In this document: positions 38,946-48,214 of the stretch, piece by piece
Layout: the number at the start of each line of letters is the position of its first letter
How positions within the stretch are numbered: position 1 is the stretch's first letter
Source of the DNA: Bacillota bacterium
Lineage (GTDB): Bacteria > Bacillota > Clostridia > Christensenellales > SZUA-584
Direction of reading: 5' to 3'
DNA: 64,000 nucleotides
NCBI GenBank assembly: GCA_023408075.1
Contig: JAEYKW010000015.1
Span: forward strand, 319,170-383,169
The notes under the pieces: generated by a model
Databases searched by the model: none
What the model saw: only the letters and a program-made list of their open reading frames with translations
Told to the model about the DNA's origin: nothing
Position numbers and translations under genes: made by a program

Positions 38946-39541
38946 ACAGGCACCACCCTGTCCATATCGAGCAACGCCTCGGCACCGAATGGCAGGGACA
39001 TTGCCGAAACGCCTTGCCCGATCACGGTATTCTCACGATTCTCATAATAATGACCGACCGTCAGCAGTATTGCATGCTTGACATATTGGGGCACACTGGC
39101 CGCGTCTGGACCGTACCCGCATGTGTACTCGATCTCAATCGGATATCCCGCCGCCAAGCTGATTGACGGTGCCGCAACCCAGCTGGGAAAATAGATGATG
39201 CCCGGCTGCACATCCTTGTCGATGGCGAAATTCGTATTCTCAGTCAGCGTGATCAAGCTCCCGTCTGTCTTTCTGCATTTGAACGCCGTCACTGATAACA
39301 GATTGGGCATTGGCACGCTTATGACGCCCATAAAACCGGTCAGCTTAAGCACCCACGTTTGGGTTATATACGCACGGTTTGAGTACCCTTCACACCGCTG
39401 ACGCGCCACTTTCATAATCGAGCTGATATATGCATCGTCCGAAGCCCAGTCAACACGCAGGTGTTTCTTGACTTCCTCCAACGTGACGGGCTCGGTTGCT
39501 GCGTCGGTTTTTCTATGGACATCATAGCGTGCCATCACCAT
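38942..39541 (-). CDS. gp6-like head-tail connector protein
   Basis: TLEEVKKHLRVDWASDDAYISSIMKVARQRCEGY is typical of the QLRG/gp6 connector family. Confidence 0.65.
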   Translation of the reverse strand: MVMARYDVHRKTDAATEPVTLEEVKKHLRVDWASDDAYISSIMKVARQRCEGYSNRAYITQTWVLKLTGFMGVISVPMPNLLSVTAFKCRKTDGSLITLTENTNFAIDKDVQPGIIYFPSWVAAPSISLAAGYPIEIEYTCGYGPDAASVPQYVKHAILLTVGHYYENRENTVIGQGVSAMSLPFGAEALLDMDRVVPV

Positions 39542-39753
39542 TACTCCTTTTTACCCTCCGGGGCTTCCGGCGTTTCAGGTTTTTTCTTGTCTGCTGTCTG
39601 CTTTGCCTTCTGCTTGGCTGCTTCTCCGTCAGCCGCGATGGCATAATGACCGTCGATGAGCTGCTTGCCTTCGACTTCGCCCACGTCGATCACATCACCG
39701 GCGCGACCTGTCACGCTGCCTTTCGCGTATGTGCTCTGCAACATCACTTTCAT
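39541..39753 (-). CDS. Hypothetical small head-module protein with a Lys/Pro/Glu-rich tail
   Basis: MKVMLQSTYAKGSVTGRAGDVIDVG... Confidence 0.35.
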   Translation of the reverse strand: MKVMLQSTYAKGSVTGRAGDVIDVGEVEGKQLIDGHYAIAADGEAAKQKAKQTADKKKPETPEAPEGKKE

Positions 39754-39763
39754 ACTGGCCTCC

Positions 39764-40198
39764 TTATACGCCCGTCGCAAAAGCACTGGCAACAACGTCC
39801 GCACCCTGCTTGACCGGTATCGCCGCAGCACTGTATCGCAGCGATACGACGCTTTCGATCACCGCCGCCGCCGTGGCCACAACAACCGCGCAGCGCACAT
39901 AACGCTTGAGCGGCCTTTTCACATCCAGCACCAGCAGCTTATTATCAGCGCTCGTCGCACTTGCGGTGAAGCTCACAGTTGCGCCGGTAATATCCGCCGC
40001 GTCGCTCAGATTGGCAGCGCTGCCCTGCTGCGCCTTGAGCGTGACCACTGCACCGTCCGCGCAATCGCCCAGCGCCAGCACAAAGCAGACGTTGCCAAGT
40101 GCGCTCATATCCAGCGCATCGCCCGTCGTGGTGCCTGTGCCGGATGCCTGCGTGTCGATATCCTTGTTAAGGACAGCTTCTTTCAAAACACTCTGCAT
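39764..40198 (-). CDS. Putative capsid-associated (decoration/cement-like) protein
   Basis: 144-aa Ala/Thr/Gly-rich protein directly downstream of the major capsid gene. Confidence 0.35.
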   Translation of the reverse strand: MQSVLKEAVLNKDIDTQASGTGTTTGDALDMSALGNVCFVLALGDCADGAVVTLKAQQGSAANLSDAADITGATVSFTASATSADNKLLVLDVKRPLKRYVRCAVVVATAAAVIESVVSLRYSAAAIPVKQGADVVASAFATGV

Positions 40199-40208
40199 AT
40201 TTTCCTCC

Positions 40209-41420
40209 TTACGGCTTCAGCTTGAGCCGCGCAAACGCTTCTTCCACCACCGGCATGCCGTCCGTCTGGGCCCGCAGGATAAAGCCGATCTGGTTTGTTC
40301 CAGCGTAGATTTCAACCAGACGCTGCAGTTCCACCATGAGGCTGTCAACGATCCAGTAAAATTTCATGTTGCCAAGGATCGTGACATACTGCGCAGCTGT
40401 AAACGTGTTCGGCGCGTACTCGGATTCGTTGACGCCGTATCCGAGCAATCTGTCCGGCTGGCCGGTCTGCATGGACGGCGACCAGATATATTGACCCGTG
40501 GTATCCTTGAGCTTAGATACCTGCTTAACGCCGTCGCGATGCATATACCATTCCACACCGTTGCGGTACTGCGCTTTGAGCGCATATTTCATGTTAAGAA
40601 GATCGTCAGCACCGATAGCCGTGGACGATTCCGCCGTGATATCACGTGCCGTAGAGATACCATTGTCGGAAGCGATAAAGATACCAAGAGGCTTTGCCGC
40701 ACCGTTGCCAGTCATGTATGACTCTTCTTGTGTCTCGCTCATGTCGAAGTTGAGCTCATCCAGCACAATCCTCTCGCCATCCATCGCGGTATTCTGCAGC
40801 AACGGGCGCGAGATTTTAATCAGATTGGTCATATAGTTGGGCTTGAACTCTCTTTTGCCGAATGCGAGCGAGCTATCTTCTCCGGCCGCACTGATCTCTG
40901 CGCCCCACACAGCACCAGACGCGCGACTTGTCCGCTTCGGGAAACCCAAAGTCTGCGCACCGTCCAGTGTAAACGTCGTTGCTTTCGAGCGGATCACGAG
41001 CGTGTTGTCGAGCTCCTTGATCAGCTGCGCACCGAATTTCTGCGGAGCGACAAGATATCCGGCCTGCGCCGGGTTCTCCATCTGTAGCGCGCGCATATCC
41101 TGCACGTACTTTTCAGATGTCCCGCCAGCCAGATAGCTGCGGAAAGCCGCCATCTGCTTATCCTCAAGAGTTTCAGGTTTGGGATTGTCGCGATTCTCAA
41201 GCTGCTGCCCGCCGATCTCTTTCTCAAGCTCGAGCTGCCGCTCCTCAGTGTCGATCTGTCCCTTGAGCTTTTGTGCCTCGGTGAAAGCCGTATCATAGCT
41301 CGTGCGCTCCTCGGGTGTCATCTCGCGGTTTTCTTTTTCCGCGCGGTCTAAAAAAGCCCTCGCATCTGCGACGGCCTTTGCGCGCTTCTGTCTCAGTTCC
41401 ACAATGTTTGCCATTAGCAT
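40209..41420 (-). CDS. Major capsid protein, HK97 family
   Basis: 403 aa with an N-terminal coiled-coil delta-domain-like segment, following the prohead protease. Confidence 0.85.
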   Translation of the reverse strand: MLMANIVELRQKRAKAVADARAFLDRAEKENREMTPEERTSYDTAFTEAQKLKGQIDTEERQLELEKEIGGQQLENRDNPKPETLEDKQMAAFRSYLAGGTSEKYVQDMRALQMENPAQAGYLVAPQKFGAQLIKELDNTLVIRSKATTFTLDGAQTLGFPKRTSRASGAVWGAEISAAGEDSSLAFGKREFKPNYMTNLIKISRPLLQNTAMDGERIVLDELNFDMSETQEESYMTGNGAAKPLGIFIASDNGISTARDITAESSTAIGADDLLNMKYALKAQYRNGVEWYMHRDGVKQVSKLKDTTGQYIWSPSMQTGQPDRLLGYGVNESEYAPNTFTAAQYVTILGNMKFYWIVDSLMVELQRLVEIYAGTNQIGFILRAQTDGMPVVEEAFARLKLKP

Positions 41421-41983
41421 TCAACCTCCATCAGTTTTAATTTTTCGTTTTCAAACCGATCCTTTTTCGGTTCAACTTTTTTTCTCTGCTCATAAAGGGA
41501 GCGGAGAGACACCTGCGTCTGTGAATACGCAGGAAATGCCACCGGGGATATCTCGATCAGCTCACCACGCTTGACCGTTCGCCTGATATTGCTTTTGTCC
41601 GTGTCATCCCAAAGGTCTTCAGTCACGTAGAAGCCGAACGACACACCGTCCACATCCCCGCGGTCTATCAGAGTCTTGGCGTCACGACCGTCCTGGGTAT
41701 CCGGCAACTCATTCTCAAAATAAATGCCGTCCTTTTTTACGTCGAGGCGCAGAGTTTGGTTCTTTGTGGAGCCGAGCACCTTCGCGCTATCATGAGACCA
41801 GAGCATTTTAACTGTTCTTGTTTTCAGGCTCTCATCAAAGGCACCTGCCTCTATGACCTCCGTAAATCCCATGTCTTCTGACTGCTCATCATACGGCACG
41901 CCGCGCCCAGCAATCATCTTTTTACCGTCGCCCTCTTCTCTGGCTTCAAGCGGCAGCCTAATATACCGCTGCTCAATCTGCAT
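41414..41983 (-). CDS. Prohead serine protease, HK97 family
   Basis: 189 aa. MLWSHD...VDGVSFGF motifs. Sits between the portal and the capsid. Confidence 0.8.
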   Translation of the reverse strand: MQIEQRYIRLPLEAREEGDGKKMIAGRGVPYDEQSEDMGFTEVIEAGAFDESLKTRTVKMLWSHDSAKVLGSTKNQTLRLDVKKDGIYFENELPDTQDGRDAKTLIDRGDVDGVSFGFYVTEDLWDDTDKSNIRRTVKRGELIEISPVAFPAYSQTQVSLRSLYEQRKKVEPKKDRFENEKLKLMEVEC

Positions 41984-41999
41984 TTTTTCACCTTCCTTT

Positions 42000-44054
42000 T
42001 TACGTGCTCACAATGGTGCATACGCAGCCCTCGTGCAAAGGCGGATGTCCCGTGTTCTGATAGACGGTCATGTTTTTGCCGTCTCCTTCAGCGATCCCGC
42101 CACTGGAAACGAAGTTCTGTTCAATGCCCACCACCACGCCGTCCATCTCGTTGCAGTACGGGCACGATTGACTGCCCATGTTGACCCACATGATACGCGT
42201 CACCCCGCCGCTGGAATAGGCCGCTTTTGCTATCGCGCCCGCGAGCCTCACGCATTCGTTCAATCCGATCTTATCCGGCCGCTTTTCTTCCCACTCGTCA
42301 AGGCGTTCCTCGACCGCTTCAAGCTCTGTCTGACCGTTGTCAGCTGCTTTCTTCACAAGAGATTTAAGCTGCCCCTTGGATGAATTGATGTGCCGCACAG
42401 TAAACGCGTCCATATACTGTGCGAGAAACTTTGTCACGCGTTCGTTCCATTGGCCTGTAAAATTTATTTCTTTAGCAGCTTCGGCATATATGTTTTTCGC
42501 CAAAGCTGAAAAAGGCGTGTTCATCTGATGTCTGATCGCCTCAGGTAGATCATCATAAAAGCTCTCGAGCGCGTCAGTGAAAGCCGCTGTGCCCTTTGAA
42601 CTGATCGTTTCGACTGAAAGCGTTTCCTTCGCAATGGATCTGATGCCTTTCACTTCGTGCGAAACCAATGCGCGGGCTTTATCGGTGATCTTGCCGTTAT
42701 ATTCGTTTGCGATCTTCGTTCGTTTCGTGGCTGATCTGATTTGTGCTGTGCTTAAAACGGCTGTGTCGGGCGGTTTTTCTCGTACCGCTTGTCCTATATT
42801 CCGCGTCAGCAAGGCTCCTAACGCATTCAATGCCGCCGCTTCAGTCTCGCTCTGGACGTTTCCGGCCGCGACCTTTTCAACCGGCGCGAAATTTAACGGC
42901 ATATAATACCCCTTGCCAAGGCCATCCGGTATCGGATTCATATTCTCCTTTTCACGCCATGTGTCCGCATTCATAACCCCGTTCTGGCGCATGATCTGGA
43001 AAACCTCGGCTCGCGTCTTACTGTCGCCCCGAAGCAACGCATCCACGTTGTACTCAGCATAAAAAACAAGCCGCTGCTGGCGGCTTAATAGAGAGCGTTT
43101 AATCTCCTGTTCCCAGAGAACAAGCAATGGCCGTAGTGTATATACTACGAAATTGATATTCTGGTGCTCGATGTTGGAGTATGTCGAGCGCTCCAAATCC
43201 ATAATCAGATGCGGCGGCACATTGAAAAACCGTGCAACCTCTGTCACCTGAAACTTTCGGGTCTCGATAAACTGCGATTCGTCCGGTGCGTAGGAGGTTT
43301 TAACAAACTCCATCCCCTCCTCGAGCACCATTATTTCGTGTGCATTCTCAACGCCTTGGTATCTGTCCTTCCATTGCTTGCGAAGCCGTTCCTGTGCCGG
43401 TTCCGAAAGATTTTTTTCATGCTTTAGGACACCGCCTGTATTGGCGCCGTTGGAAAAGAATCTCGAGCCGAAATCCTCCGCCGCTTTCGCTAAGCCGAAA
43501 ATATCCCGTCCGATATCGAGCGGCGCAAACGGTTTATCTGTGCTATATCCGATATTGACCAGTCGCAAAATCTCATAGTCGTTATATATTCGGCTGCTGC
43601 CGTCCAGAAAGAAAACTTTAAATACGCGCCCCGTGGGAGTAATCGATTCGTGAACACGCCAATAGCACACGGGCACGAGACCCTCCACCTCCCCCTTGGC
43701 ATTCCATTTTATGATCGCATAGGCCCGACCGCCGATGAAGTAATTCACCATCATCACGCGACGGAAATCAACGCTGGTCATCAACTCGTTTGGCATGTCG
43801 TGAAGAATCTCATAAAGGCTAAAATCCCTTGCGATCTCTCGGCCTTCGTTTGTCCTTCGATAGACATTAAGCGGCAGCGTCGCGACCGTGGAGGCCAGCA
43901 GATTGAGAGCAGCATATACGGCAGAGATCGATACCACATTATCCTGATTGATGTTGACACCCGCCGCGCTCTTGCCAAAATCCCAGAACCAGCCGTTGCT
44001 TTCCGAGATGGCCCGCACAATTCGGTTATTAACCCAGTTCCTTATCCTTCCCAT
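42000..44054 (-). CDS. Portal protein (HK97-type) fused to a MuF/SPP1-gp7-like minor head protein domain
   Basis: N-terminal ~400 aa is portal-like (…VYAALNLLASTVATLPLNVYRR…). The C-terminus carries the MuF hallmark W...CPYCNEMDG...HPPLHEGCVCT. Confidence 0.75.
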   Translation of the reverse strand: MGRIRNWVNNRIVRAISESNGWFWDFGKSAAGVNINQDNVVSISAVYAALNLLASTVATLPLNVYRRTNEGREIARDFSLYEILHDMPNELMTSVDFRRVMMVNYFIGGRAYAIIKWNAKGEVEGLVPVCYWRVHESITPTGRVFKVFFLDGSSRIYNDYEILRLVNIGYSTDKPFAPLDIGRDIFGLAKAAEDFGSRFFSNGANTGGVLKHEKNLSEPAQERLRKQWKDRYQGVENAHEIMVLEEGMEFVKTSYAPDESQFIETRKFQVTEVARFFNVPPHLIMDLERSTYSNIEHQNINFVVYTLRPLLVLWEQEIKRSLLSRQQRLVFYAEYNVDALLRGDSKTRAEVFQIMRQNGVMNADTWREKENMNPIPDGLGKGYYMPLNFAPVEKVAAGNVQSETEAAALNALGALLTRNIGQAVREKPPDTAVLSTAQIRSATKRTKIANEYNGKITDKARALVSHEVKGIRSIAKETLSVETISSKGTAAFTDALESFYDDLPEAIRHQMNTPFSALAKNIYAEAAKEINFTGQWNERVTKFLAQYMDAFTVRHINSSKGQLKSLVKKAADNGQTELEAVEERLDEWEEKRPDKIGLNECVRLAGAIAKAAYSSGGVTRIMWVNMGSQSCPYCNEMDGVVVGIEQNFVSSGGIAEGDGKNMTVYQNTGHPPLHEGCVCTIVST

Positions 44055-44063
44055 ATCGGCTCC

Positions 44064-45836
44064 TTATGTCGTGATAAATCCGCGCTCCTCATACACACTC
44101 TTAAACTCTGGTTCCTCGATGAACCGTATAGCGCGCGCCATTGCGTTGATCACCGCCGCCAGCGGGTCAATCCTTTGGCTGTCATCCTTATGCTTCTTCG
44201 ACAGCTTGATATTTCCGTTGTTGTCCTGAACCTCAACCGCATTTGACAACGCCCAGGTCAGCAGCGGCGAACCGTCATGAATCAGTTTGCCCCTGAGAAT
44301 CAGTTCACGGAAAAACTTTGTCGGCTCAGAAAGGGTAATGACGCCTTGTCTGATTTCTACAAACTGTTCCTCAGAATATGCATCTTCCTTCTGCATCTGT
44401 GTGATCATGTGCGTAGCGTTATATGGATCGTAGTCAAACTCCCGCATGAGCCACCCTTCTTCGAACTCCATATCGTGGACATGATCGCGAACATAATCAT
44501 AGTCGATCACAGCGCCCGGCGTTTCGGTGCACCAACCGTCATTGATCCAGTCTCGATACGGAACGCGATCCGTTTTTTCGTGCCTTGATACGGCTTCAGC
44601 TGGAATAAAACCATGCGCACAGACCGCAAAAACGCCATCCGGCAGCAAGAAAACAAAACCGTCTGCGGTCAAATCGACCGCCTTTGAAAGGTCAAATCCG
44701 CAGAATGGAGATACTCCTTTAACTTTCCTAATGAATTCAGCGCGCGATACGGCAAGCTCTTTATACTTATCCATGCAGCCGGAAGCGTATTTTTTCTCCG
44801 AATCAGCCTGCCAAATGTTCATGCGCTTGGTCATAAACTCGCGTATCTTGTCTGGGTCACCTGTACCAAACGCCAATTCATACTCGGATTCTATCTGAGC
44901 CAACAATTCGCAAGCGTAAGCGTTATCATTTTGCAGAATAGGATTGGCTTTCGGCCACACTGTCCGATCGTGTGGGTTGTCCTTCTCGTCGAGCTGCCGG
45001 ATCATGACAAATTCAGTTTCTATCACCAAATCGCCGCTTAAAATCTTGCACCCGGTGTCGTACTCTTTCTTGCAGGGGTTATTCTCCGCGTCCTTTCCCG
45101 CCGTCGAGATGATGTTCATCAGTGATTGAGCACGCTTTCCGAAGCCGGAGAACAGCGTATCGTGAATCTCACTGGTCGGATGCGCGTGGTATTCATCCAC
45201 CGTAACGATTGTGGGCGCGCCGGAGTCCTTGTTCTTCGTGTCCTTGGACAACGGCCGCAGCCAACCGCCGCGCGTCTTATGCTCAATGTATGTCTTCTTG
45301 ACTTCAAGCCTTTTTAAGATGTCCGGGCTCACAAGCGCCATCGCATGCGCGTCACCCCATACGCGCTTCGCTTGGCCGCGGTCCACAGCGGCACATTCCA
45401 CCTCCGGCATTTGTTCATATTGCCGTAGCTCCGGGTGCCCGGGCGGGTATATCACGTCCGAGCACATGCCGTATAGAGAGATGCCGCTCATTTCGGTTGA
45501 TTTCACGTTGCCGCGGGCACGCATATTCAGTGATTTATTAAAGCGCCGCTTGCCGGAATCCTGATGCACCCATCCAAACAGGCACCCAAGGTCAAACTTT
45601 TGGAACGGCTCAAGCTCTATCGGCTGCCCTTGGAAAACACCACGTACATGCCGGCACAAGAGAAACCATTTAAAAATGCGGTCCGCGCGGGTCTCATCAA
45701 AAACAAAAGGGAACTTCTCAGTCCCCTGCCGTTTCAGATCCTTCAGGTGTCGCTCGCATGAAAGCCATTCCCATTTACATGATTGAATCTTCCCGGATAC
45801 AACATCAATCGCATACTGTGTCGTTGGGTGTTCCAT
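44064..45836 (-). CDS. Terminase large subunit
   Basis: ~590 aa, in the synteny position. ATPase region (VDEYHAH Walker-B-like) and a nuclease C-terminus. Confidence 0.85.
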   Translation of the reverse strand: MEHPTTQYAIDVVSGKIQSCKWEWLSCERHLKDLKRQGTEKFPFVFDETRADRIFKWFLLCRHVRGVFQGQPIELEPFQKFDLGCLFGWVHQDSGKRRFNKSLNMRARGNVKSTEMSGISLYGMCSDVIYPPGHPELRQYEQMPEVECAAVDRGQAKRVWGDAHAMALVSPDILKRLEVKKTYIEHKTRGGWLRPLSKDTKNKDSGAPTIVTVDEYHAHPTSEIHDTLFSGFGKRAQSLMNIISTAGKDAENNPCKKEYDTGCKILSGDLVIETEFVMIRQLDEKDNPHDRTVWPKANPILQNDNAYACELLAQIESEYELAFGTGDPDKIREFMTKRMNIWQADSEKKYASGCMDKYKELAVSRAEFIRKVKGVSPFCGFDLSKAVDLTADGFVFLLPDGVFAVCAHGFIPAEAVSRHEKTDRVPYRDWINDGWCTETPGAVIDYDYVRDHVHDMEFEEGWLMREFDYDPYNATHMITQMQKEDAYSEEQFVEIRQGVITLSEPTKFFRELILRGKLIHDGSPLLTWALSNAVEVQDNNGNIKLSKKHKDDSQRIDPLAAVINAMARAIRFIEEPEFKSVYEERGFITT

Positions 45837-46039
45837 CAGCCTTGCTCGCTGTGTAAAATAGCACGGGCAATTGCACAAGCCTGGTCTCTATCAAATCCCG
45901 CGTCCCGCAAAATTACATACTGCTGCGTTTTTATGAATTCTTGATTTATCTCTCTTTGCCATTCTTGATAACGCGATTGCTTCAGTGTCTGCAATGCAGC
46001 TTTGCTGCGTAATTCGCCTTTGTGTCTTTTTTTAAACAT
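45836..46039 (-). CDS. Hypothetical small protein between the terminase subunits
   Basis: 67-aa basic protein. Its stop overlaps the terminase-L start. Confidence 0.35.
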   Translation of the reverse strand: MFKKRHKGELRSKAALQTLKQSRYQEWQREINQEFIKTQQYVILRDAGFDRDQACAIARAILHSEQG

Positions 46040-46054
46040 ATTCGTTACGGCCTC

Positions 46055-46558
46055 CTAATCAAACATATCCGCGTGTTCATCGCGAGGTTTGCGCGGCTCC
46101 TTTCGCGGGATGTTCTTTGTCCGCGATACAGGATTGAGATATAGCCGATCTCCCAGCGTAACAACCTGCTGCCGTTTCAACCGCAGCTCCGAGCCGATCT
46201 CAAGAACCTGCTTTTGAGCAATCAATTTTTCACTGATTGTTCTTTCCTCATCTCGTATAACTTTCATGGCATTATCCATAAGCTCCGTCATGACATCGAG
46301 TTCCCACACGGCCATGCAGTATTGGTTAATCAGATGCTCGTCCAGCGAGCCGACAAACTCAATCTCTTTATACAGCTTTTTAAGACGTTTAAACTCCTGT
46401 AGCGCGCGGGGACATTTAAGCACGGCATCACTCGCATGTAGTGTTTTATTTTTGAGTTTTATTTCAGATTTTTGCCGATGCTCAATTTCATCTTTCGTAA
46501 GGTGCTTACGCCCGTTTGACCGCACCAATGCTAGAGGTTGAGCATTCCGCCCTGCCAA
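46055..46558 (-). CDS. Terminase small subunit, P27 family
   Basis: MAGRNAQPLALVRSNGRKHLTKDEIEHRQ... is the typical P27-family N-terminus. Confidence 0.75.
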   Translation of the reverse strand: MAGRNAQPLALVRSNGRKHLTKDEIEHRQKSEIKLKNKTLHASDAVLKCPRALQEFKRLKKLYKEIEFVGSLDEHLINQYCMAVWELDVMTELMDNAMKVIRDEERTISEKLIAQKQVLEIGSELRLKRQQVVTLGDRLYLNPVSRTKNIPRKEPRKPRDEHADMFD

Positions 46559-46677
46559 TTTTGTTCACTCCTCGCATATAAAATCAGGGTTTCAAAAAGG
46601 GAGTTTTTCACACAGATGACTGGGACACACGTTAGGCGTCTCGCAGGTCCGGGAGAATTTTACCCGCCCTTCCCCAT

Positions 46678-47052
46678 CTATCGGTTACCAAAGCCTCCAT
46701 CTTCTTTTGCAGTTTTTCTGCTATGGCATGAAGGGCACAATGAACGAAGGTTGTTCGTATCAAAGAACAACTTCGCGTCGCCTTTGTGTGGTACCTCATG
46801 GTCCGCATGCTTGGCTTCTCTGACTTGGTTATGCTCGAGGCATTCTTCACACAGAGGTTGTTTGCGCAATTGGTCTTTGCTCATGCGTTTCCAGCGCTTA
46901 GTGTCGTACCACCCGCACCGCACCCGCCCCCGGTTCTCCGCCCGGTAGTCCCGCCGCGGTGTTAAGCCCCCATGCTTTTCACAGTAGGCCCCCTCCCGTA
47001 TTAAAGCAGTACACCCCGGTTTCTTACATGGGCGCAGCGGTGTGTTTGGCAT
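46678..47052 (-). CDS. HNH endonuclease (packaging-associated)
   Basis: CEEC...HADHEVPH...NLRSLCPSCH HNH motif, immediately upstream of the terminase genes. Confidence 0.85.
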   Translation of the reverse strand: MPNTPLRPCKKPGCTALIREGAYCEKHGGLTPRRDYRAENRGRVRCGWYDTKRWKRMSKDQLRKQPLCEECLEHNQVREAKHADHEVPHKGDAKLFFDTNNLRSLCPSCHSRKTAKEDGGFGNR

Positions 47053-47123
47053 ATCTTCTCCAAATTAAAAGAGCGCCTGCTAAGCGCTCATGCGATATCG
47101 TTCATTATAGATTCTTCGGCTTT

Positions 47124-47243
47124 ATGAACCAGCGGTTTTAATTACCGCGTGCCATCACCGTGTATTTGATTCCGGTGCCGCCAGCCTTGAGCGATGCTGC
47201 TCGACAGACATCAATAATCCAATCCATCTCATACCGCCGCCCG
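47124..47243 (-). pseudogene. Decayed, N-terminally truncated paralogue of the 90-aa gene at 47942..48214
   Basis: Nucleotide similarity runs from ..ctcataccgccgcccg to catgaaccagcggt. It reads GRRYEMDWIIDVCRAASLKAGGTGIKYTVMARGN*, versus GRRYEIDSVVDVCRAVSLKAGGIGTRYTCMVKGHQ in the intact copy. An internal deletion is present. Confidence 0.6.
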
Positions 47244-47320
47244 TGTTTACTCGCCGCCTTTTGCGAATATATGTTCTACAGAGAGTATATCGTGTTATGC
47301 GTTTGCAATAGGTAAATGCT

Positions 47321-47803
47321 TCAAATACTATTTAGAATATCCTTTTCGATTTCTTCCCAACATACTATATAAGTAAAATCGTAGAATTTCCCTATGTAAC
47401 CAGCAGATTGTCTTTCATAATTTTCGCGAGCTATGAATCCAGCATTCTTATTAATCTCATCGTTAGTAATTGCGTTTCTGTATCTATGCTTAATCATGAG
47501 AAGTAAAGCCGCTGCATCTTTTATTGAATGCTCAACTATAAAACTATTAAACTTTTCTGCTAATCTATCTACTTTTTCAAACTCATATACCGCCTGAATT
47601 GTTGGAATATCATCCACTTTAATTCTTGGTGCGTTTATAGCCAGTTCAACAAACTCTCTACATAAAAAGTAGAAATCATAATTCTCAGGCTTATTTTCAA
47701 TCTTGAGTATTATTTCGTCTAAGTCTGTCTCAGCCTTTTCAGTTATGATTTTCTTGTTAAATTCTCTTGCAGTTTCAGTCGTCAAAATGGTATCTCCTTT
47801 CAT
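47321..47803 (-). CDS. Orphan AT-rich hypothetical protein (prophage cargo)
   Basis: 160 aa with no motif I recognise. Much lower GC than its neighbours. Flanked by the intact and decayed copies of the same small gene. Confidence 0.5.
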   Translation of the reverse strand: MKGDTILTTETAREFNKKIITEKAETDLDEIILKIENKPENYDFYFLCREFVELAINAPRIKVDDIPTIQAVYEFEKVDRLAEKFNSFIVEHSIKDAAALLLMIKHRYRNAITNDEINKNAGFIARENYERQSAGYIGKFYDFTYIVCWEEIEKDILNSI

Positions 47804-47941
47804 TTTATAACGACTAATTCTACATTTTATAACAAATTCCTTTTTTTAATGTTGTTACAAATCTTTATATAATGAAGAGCACTGCCTCGCAATGCACTTG
47901 TATCCCTCACCCAACTCTTCTGACTATATGGGCTTCGTACT

Positions 47942-48214
47942 TTAATCTGTCAACGGGTCTTTTCGTTCCATGAACCAGCGGTCTTCTTCAAGCCACAGAA
48001 ACGTTTGGTGCCCTTTCACCATGCAGGTATAGCGAGTGCCAATACCACCTGCCTTGAGCGATACTGCCCGGCATACATCAACGACTGAATCAATCTCATA
48101 CCGCCGCCCGCTTTCCCACCAAAATGCAACGGGTTCTATTTGCCCATTCGGAAAATATATCGCTTCGACCTTGACATACACCTTATATTTGTTTTCGTAC
48201 CGTCTTTCTATCAT
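47942..48214 (-). CDS. Hypothetical protein translationally coupled to the Y-family polymerase
   Basis: 4-nt ATGA-type overlap with the polymerase stop. 90 aa. Confidence 0.55.
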   Translation of the reverse strand: MIERRYENKYKVYVKVEAIYFPNGQIEPVAFWWESGRRYEIDSVVDVCRAVSLKAGGIGTRYTCMVKGHQTFLWLEEDRWFMERKDPLTD

